A DNA stretch of 64,000 nucleotides, taken from Tetramitus jugosus. Lineage: Eukaryota; Protista; Heterolobosea. A program made the position numbers and the translations under genes. The notes beneath the pieces are model-generated. The model was not told where the DNA came from, did no database searches, and was given only the letters and a program-made list of their open reading frames with translations. The stretch spans positions 186,001-250,000 of the forward strand of contig OW569389.1 of NCBI GenBank assembly GCA_937625935.1, read 5' to 3'. Positions 58,459 through 64,000 of this stretch are shown piece by piece (positions within the stretch are counted from its first letter, which is position 1; each line of letters starts with the position of its first letter).

Positions 58459-60732
58459 ATGAGTGACAAACCAAAACCCATCAATTTCAACAAACTTGCC
58501 AAACAACATCAACAACAACAGCAGCAACAACTCGAACATCAAAATGCGCACTTGAGTCATCACAAACAACACAGTAGCACCTCAAGTGCTAGCAGTGGTA
58601 GTGGTGGTACTGTCATGAACAAACAACCTGCTCCCATTCAAATCACCAGTGAACAAATCATGAGAGAGGCGTATGATAAGCGAGCTGGTGATTCAAGCAG
58701 CAGTAGCAACAGTGTCAAGAGTGATAAAGCCATCATGAAGGCAACAGGAAAGGACAGTAGCAGTAATCAATGGATGGATCAAGATATTCAAGATGTTCAC
58801 GAGTTGGAAGAGTATCGACTACGAAAGCGCAAGGAATTTGAAGACAAGATTCGAAAAAATGATCGTCAGTCCATGGGTATTTTTGTTCGTTATGCCAAAT
58901 GGGAAGAATCTCAAAAACAGTTTGTGAGAGCGCGGAGTATTTATGAGCGGGCGTTGGAGATGGATGTGAGAAATGTGACCATTTGGTTGCGTTATTCAGA
59001 GATGGAGGCACGAAATAAGTTTATTAATTTTGCTAGAAATGTGTATGATCGTGCAGTGACTCTGCTGCCTCGAGTGAATCAACTGTGGTACAAGTATGTG
59101 TACATGGAGGAGATGTTGGGTCAGGTGGATCAGGCGAGAAAAGTGTTCGAGAGATGGATGCAGTGGCACCCGGATGCACAAGCCTGGAAATCCTATGTTC
59201 AGATGGAGGCACGATATGAGGAGTATGATCGTGCACGATTGATTCTGAGGCGATTTGTTCATGTACATCCATCAGTGGATTCGTGGCTCTATTTTGCAAA
59301 GTTTGAGACAAAGTTGCGCAATGTGGAGAATGCGAGAAAGGTGTACACGGCTGCTCTCAAGGCACTTGATGATCAAGCAACAGAAGAGTTGTTTGTTGCG
59401 TTTGCCAAGTTTGAAGAAGAGAATAATGAAGTTGAACGAGCGAGAACCATTTACAAGTTTGCACTGGACAATATCCCGAAAGCGAGGGCTCAGGAACTGT
59501 ATCGAACATTTGTCAATTTTGAGAAGCAGCATGGTGATAGAGAGGGCATTGAACAAGTGATTGTGAGTCAGAGAAGGTTCCAATACGAAGATGAAGTGAA
59601 GAAGAATCCTCATCACTATGACACATGGTTCGATTATATACGATTGGAGGAAGAAGGATGCATGGGTACCAATGTGAATGAAACTGATCGCGCCAACAGT
59701 GTACAACGCGCCAGAGAAGTGTACGAGAGAGCCATTTCTAATATTCCGCCCGTTCAGGAGAAGCGATACTGGAGACGGTATATTTATCTATGGATCAATT
59801 ACATGCTGTTTGAGGAGCTGATTGCAAAGGATGTGGATAGGGCACGTGAAGTCTATCAAGCATGCATGCAACTCGTTCCACACAAGATCTTCAGCTTTAC
59901 AAAGCTGTGGATCATGTTTGCCAAGTTTGAAGTGCGGCAGAAGAATATTGCGAATGCGAGAATGTTGTTGGGTCACGCCATTGGTATCGCACCAAAGGAC
60001 AAGATTTTCTTTGAATACACAAAGATTGAGATACGGTTGGGCAATGTGGATCGTGCACGAAAAATTATTGAGAAGCAACTAGAGTTCAATAGTGCCAGTT
60101 GTTCCGCATGGAAGAGCTATGCCGAGTTGGAGTATAAACTTGGAGAATCGGATCGAGCTAGGTCAATATTCGAGTTGGCAATTGATCAACCTGTTTTAGA
60201 TATGCCAGAGATCATCTGGAAGGCATATATCGACTTTGAGACAGCACAGAACAATCATGACCGGGCTCGCGCATTGTACGAGAAATTATTGTCAAGGACG
60301 AAGCATGTAAAAGTATGGCTCAGCTACATCTTATTTGAGGCCAATATTGAGCAAATTGATAAGGCGAGAGATATTTTCCAGAGAGCAATCAAGTACTTGA
60401 GATCTGGATCCATCGAGGAAGAGCAGCAAGCCGATCAAGAACTTGAGAGGAAGGAGCAATGTGTAATTCTATTGAAAAATTGGCTAGAGTTTGAAGAGAC
60501 ACACGGCACGAAGGAAACTATCGATCGAATCAAGCGTCGTATGCCCAAGTCAATCAAGAAGAAGAGAAAGATTGTGACGGAAGATGGAGGGTTGGCTGGT
60601 TGGGAGGAATACACGGACTACATATTCCCAGACGAAGAGAAGAAACCTGCTGCAAGCTCCAAGATATTGGAGGCTGCCAAACAATGGAAACTCAAAATGC
60701 AGCAATCGGCCAACAACAATAATCAAACATAA
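58459..60732 (+). CDS. CRNKL1: Crooked-neck / Clf1 / Syf3 HAT-repeat splicing factor
   Basis: NKQPAPIQITSEQIMREA, RKRKEFED, tandem HAT repeats, EKRYWRRYIYLWINY, GWEEYTDYIFPD. Confidence 0.95.
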   Translation: MSDKPKPINFNKLAKQHQQQQQQQLEHQNAHLSHHKQHSSTSSASSGSGGTVMNKQPAPIQITSEQIMREAYDKRAGDSSSSSNSVKSDKAIMKATGKDSSSNQWMDQDIQDVHELEEYRLRKRKEFEDKIRKNDRQSMGIFVRYAKWEESQKQFVRARSIYERALEMDVRNVTIWLRYSEMEARNKFINFARNVYDRAVTLLPRVNQLWYKYVYMEEMLGQVDQARKVFERWMQWHPDAQAWKSYVQMEARYEEYDRARLILRRFVHVHPSVDSWLYFAKFETKLRNVENARKVYTAALKALDDQATEELFVAFAKFEEENNEVERARTIYKFALDNIPKARAQELYRTFVNFEKQHGDREGIEQVIVSQRRFQYEDEVKKNPHHYDTWFDYIRLEEEGCMGTNVNETDRANSVQRAREVYERAISNIPPVQEKRYWRRYIYLWINYMLFEELIAKDVDRAREVYQACMQLVPHKIFSFTKLWIMFAKFEVRQKNIANARMLLGHAIGIAPKDKIFFEYTKIEIRLGNVDRARKIIEKQLEFNSASCSAWKSYAELEYKLGESDRARSIFELAIDQPVLDMPEIIWKAYIDFETAQNNHDRARALYEKLLSRTKHVKVWLSYILFEANIEQIDKARDIFQRAIKYLRSGSIEEEQQADQELERKEQCVILLKNWLEFEETHGTKETIDRIKRRMPKSIKKKRKIVTEDGGLAGWEEYTDYIFPDEEKKPAASSKILEAAKQWKLKMQQSANNNNQT

Positions 60733-60881
60733 AACGTGCATTTTTCCTAGTTCAATGAAGACATCTCGGATTGTCCGTTATGTCATCCGGAAAATTAACG
60801 CACAGTCCGAGGTAACTAGATTTCATGTTTGGGAGGTCATAAAAGATTTATCCACTCCAACTTCAAACTTGTACGACTACC

Positions 60882-61931
60882 ATGTTCACCCTTTTGTTTT
60901 CTTCACTTGAGGCTGCGTTGCAGGAAGAAGATCCCAGCCATGACAATGGCAGTAGTAGCGACAAGGATAAAAGCCTTGGTGGTGACATAGGAGAACAAAA
61001 ACAAGCAGAAGTTTATGCTCCTGCTAAGGAGCACAGGGAGATTGTTGAGTGCGAACCACAGAACAACAACAATGAAGATGAAGAAGAATTTGACTTGTTG
61101 GATGATGTTCATCAAGATTTTGATGTTGCGACCACACAGCAGGAAGAACGTGTCGGTGGTGATTTGAACCAGAGATGTGCGGTGGTCGACTTTTCTCGAG
61201 TCATGACTCCTGAATTGTTCCGTACAGTAGGAGAAGAACAAACACAGCCATCGTCCGAAGAAGCACAACAAGAAATTTCTCCTCTCTCGCCGCTTGACTG
61301 TCCCGCTCTTGCAACTACAGTTGAGGAGAATATTTTGGCGCTGCACGATGGCCGGGACAATGAAGCGCCATACAATGTACATAGTTCGCATGATGCCTCG
61401 CTCGTCGCCATGAGCGATGAAAGTGGAATTTTTGATTCTTTTGGATATGAAAGTGATCACTTATTGAATAATGCAAGGGATACAATCACAAACCCTGGTT
61501 CATCCCTATTTCAAGTCGATGAGCAGGAGTTATTGGATCAGCAAGATCGTCTCTTGCAGCACTTGTCTCAGCTGACTCAATTGTCGTTCATGAGAGACAT
61601 TAGTAGCAATTTTGAACAGGATCTTCTGAGGAAGCAAGACAGGGATAATTTGAAGCAAGTGGCAGAGTATTATCGTAATTCTGGTGATTGCTACACGAGT
61701 GCAAATGTAGCTGCGAAACATTATGCTCGAAATCAGAAGAGAAGAAGAGATTACTCTAGCAGTGATGATTCAGGAGAGGAGGAACCAAACAAGTGTGCAA
61801 AGCAATATCATGTTGAGTTTGGATCTCCTTCTGTGACGACAGTGGATGGGAGTGATCAGTGTGGAGGTGATTTGCTTCCCTCTACGGAAAAAAGTCATTT
61901 GTTGATGACCACGATGTTTATGTTTATTTAA
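60882..61931 (+). CDS. Hypothetical acidic, largely disordered protein
   Basis: 349-aa ATG-initiated ORF, D/E-rich, NLS-like KRRR. Confidence 0.55.
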   Translation: MFTLLFSSLEAALQEEDPSHDNGSSSDKDKSLGGDIGEQKQAEVYAPAKEHREIVECEPQNNNNEDEEEFDLLDDVHQDFDVATTQQEERVGGDLNQRCAVVDFSRVMTPELFRTVGEEQTQPSSEEAQQEISPLSPLDCPALATTVEENILALHDGRDNEAPYNVHSSHDASLVAMSDESGIFDSFGYESDHLLNNARDTITNPGSSLFQVDEQELLDQQDRLLQHLSQLTQLSFMRDISSNFEQDLLRKQDRDNLKQVAEYYRNSGDCYTSANVAAKHYARNQKRRRDYSSSDDSGEEEPNKCAKQYHVEFGSPSVTTVDGSDQCGGDLLPSTEKSHLLMTTMFMFI

Positions 61932-62029
61932 GTTTGTGAATATGTACAGTGATTATTGTAATCTAGGCGAAAAATATTACAATTTTGTTTGTGAAGGAAA
62001 TGATAATAAACCTTTACATAAAACTCTTA

Positions 62030-63457
62030 TTATTGTCCAGCAGTTTTACTACCCTGAGAAGACAACAGAATCAAAGTACATAGACAAACTACTATGTTAC
62101 CCACGTGGGTAATCGATTCATACATTTTTAGATCTGGGACTGCATATCGGATAGAAATGATAAGAATGACTGTAGAAAGGACCCTGATAACACCCTTGGA
62201 GAATTCGCTTGAAATGCTTCTTGTCTTCATGGTGAATAGTTCGCGTGCCGACCTCCATAGCAACATCCTCAATCTGGAGCTGGTTAGAATAGCAATGAGT
62301 GGGATGAATCCACAAACAAGAGCTACTTGTGGTAATAAGTCATGCACAAGATTCTTGTAGTAGCTTAATGAATCTTCTTTTGTAATCTTCTCTGGTTGAG
62401 GCGTCTCTGTATCCTCTACCAACAGTGTGATATTGTCATTTCCTTGCGGTTCATCCACTTCACTTGTTATGTTGCTTGAAGGGAGAGTGACATTTTCTAC
62501 TTTCTCGACATTCTCTATCACATTAACATCATTGAGAATGTCGTCGACACTCTCTTCTACCGTATCGAAGCTGTCTACATTACTCACATTAGTTGCCTCT
62601 GAAATTTCACTAGATAGCTCGACAGTCAAATGTTCGATATTGTTACTCTGATCTAATTGCTCTTTAGGTAGTGGGTCGCTATTGGTTCCGTATCTCTTGA
62701 CTTCAATAATAGGGGCAGAGCCGAACGTGCGCAAGAACATCTTGACAAAAGTGCTTGCAATTGAACCTTCCTTATTCTTGTTCTCAATCTCAGCCAGAGA
62801 GGATAACATATCTGAGACAGATTTGTGATGAAATGAGCAAATGGCATCTTGAGACCAAAAATCACTTGTGATGTTTCTGTAGGCATCAGAAGGTGAAGGA
62901 TATGAACTCGTACAATTTCTCTTTGCTTCAACATCTTTCACTCTTTCTTGGTTCAAAACATCTTGAATAAATTGAAATTGGCACCTTAAGCTCATGGAGA
63001 ACAGAAAAGTAAGGGCCTTGTTCTTCATTAGGGTTTGTTTTTCGCTCATACTTGCTCTATTAGCTTCATTCAAGTCATTGTACCTTATTTGCAATTGAAC
63101 AAGCTCTTTGGCCAGCAAGGATCCAGACCACCGAGTTTCATTGGTCGGGTGAAGCTCATGTACAACATCGAGCAATGTATTGTATATGTCAGGTTCACAT
63201 TGCAGCTGTAGTGCTTCCTTTTGCGCCAATATTAATTTTTCTCCGAAAGACTGTTCGCTTTGGTTGGCGGGGGAGTGATCGGCAGTTATTTTGGAGAGAA
63301 GTCCATTATGGGAAGCCATAATAAGTCCTTCATATTGAAGGAGAGACAAGTGGCAGTTGCTGGAAAGAGGGATCAGGCGGAGCTCTTCCCCTAAAACTAT
63401 TGAAACCAGATTTATGAAGAAACAAAGGGATACTATCAGCAATGAATGTTTACCCAT
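62030..63457 (-). CDS. Hypothetical membrane glycoprotein (signal peptide plus about 3 C-terminal TMs)
   Basis: MGKHSLLIVSLCFFINLVSIVLG signal peptide, several NxS/T sites, hydrophobic C-terminal helices. Confidence 0.7.
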   Translation of the reverse strand: MGKHSLLIVSLCFFINLVSIVLGEELRLIPLSSNCHLSLLQYEGLIMASHNGLLSKITADHSPANQSEQSFGEKLILAQKEALQLQCEPDIYNTLLDVVHELHPTNETRWSGSLLAKELVQLQIRYNDLNEANRASMSEKQTLMKNKALTFLFSMSLRCQFQFIQDVLNQERVKDVEAKRNCTSSYPSPSDAYRNITSDFWSQDAICSFHHKSVSDMLSSLAEIENKNKEGSIASTFVKMFLRTFGSAPIIEVKRYGTNSDPLPKEQLDQSNNIEHLTVELSSEISEATNVSNVDSFDTVEESVDDILNDVNVIENVEKVENVTLPSSNITSEVDEPQGNDNITLLVEDTETPQPEKITKEDSLSYYKNLVHDLLPQVALVCGFIPLIAILTSSRLRMLLWRSARELFTMKTRSISSEFSKGVIRVLSTVILIISIRYAVPDLKMYESITHVGNIVVCLCTLILLSSQGSKTAGQ

Positions 63458-63520
63458 TTGTGATTCTGTTTTGTTCAACTCCTTGAACAAATATTCCTGC
63501 AGAAAAATGAAAAAGTACAG

Positions 63521-63593
63521 CGCCCACCGAGGGGCTCGAACCCTCGACCACAAGGTTAAGAGCCTTGCGCTCTACCGACTGAGCTAGACGGGC
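63521..63593 (-). tRNA. tRNA-Lys-CTT: tRNA-Lys (anticodon CTT)
   Basis: GCCCGTCTAGCTCAGTCGGTAGAGCGCAAGGCTCTTAACCTTGTGGTCGAGGGTTCGAGCCCCTCGGTGGGCG: 73-nt cloverleaf with A/B boxes and a downstream T-run terminator. Confidence 0.98.
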
Positions 63594-63681
63594 TTGGATA
63601 TTGATAATTTCGCTAATATAAACCTAATTCGAAAAAATTACATGTTTTTACAAAGCCTCTATCGAAAATATCACCAATGGC

Positions 63682-63993
63682 TTGGTAGCCAATGGAGTCA
63701 AAGGAGCAGTAGCCGAGAAAAAAGCAAAAATTTATGTGAATCAAGTTAACGAAGATGTCTCACGACTCTCCTTCACCTCTTCACCACAACAAAAGCGAAA
63801 CAACAATGAGCGAGCGCCATCGAGAATTAAGCAGATGACCAAGGTCAAGTATCAGGTGGACCGCTTGGATGACCTATGTCCTAAGTGCATGTTGCAACAA
63901 GAGACAGTACTCCACTGCCTGATTAGGTGTCCACTGAAGAAAATAAAAGACAACAAAGTGAGAACCGAAATGGTTGTATTAAAGAGAAATTAG
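63682..63993 (+). mobile_element. Possible non-LTR retrotransposon fragment (zf-RVT-like CCHC motif)
   Basis: CPKC-x4-ETVLHCLIRCP at 63877-63933 matches the C-terminal zinc motif of LINE-type ORF2; no RT domain visible; window ends just after. Confidence 0.45.
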
Positions 63994-64000
63994 GGTTTGT

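Noticed and set aside
63990-63996. TTAGGG at the window end
   Set aside because: Single copy, not a telomeric array

Overview
Gene-dense eukaryotic nuclear DNA from a flagellate or amoeboflagellate protist. The compact genes, short GT-AG introns, poly-N/Q/T tracts and F-box/LRR and Kelch families suggest a heterolobosean (Naegleria-like) organism, but that assignment is inference. I find about 31 protein-coding genes and one tRNA-Lys(CTT). I resolved 12 introns by hand, which corrects the ORF track: it reveals a split mitochondrial uS17 gene, a hidden first exon of RPT3 and a small CxxC...CxxC protein. Recognisable genes are an MFS transporter, QTRT2, RPT3, SWEET, MRPS17, FPPS, Rab6, TMEM53-like, TRRAP/Tra1, a SIRT5-like sirtuin, VPS15, a SHAQKYF-class Myb and CRNKL1. 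Highlights: (1) likely orthologues of two subunits of the animal-type outer dynein arm docking complex (ODAD2/ARMC4 and ODAD4/TTC25) lie tail-to-tail, 87 bp apart; (2) a PEX26/APEM9-like tail-anchored protein; (3) a PX-F-box-LRR fusion; (4) tandem Kelch-like genes ending in a conserved BTB-like stub; (5) a Nur1/Mug154-like protein; (6) a highly base-paired non-coding stretch at 53.2-53.6 kb; (7) a non-LTR retrotransposon zinc-knuckle relic just upstream of the tRNA. All homology calls come from motif recognition by eye; no database searches were run.
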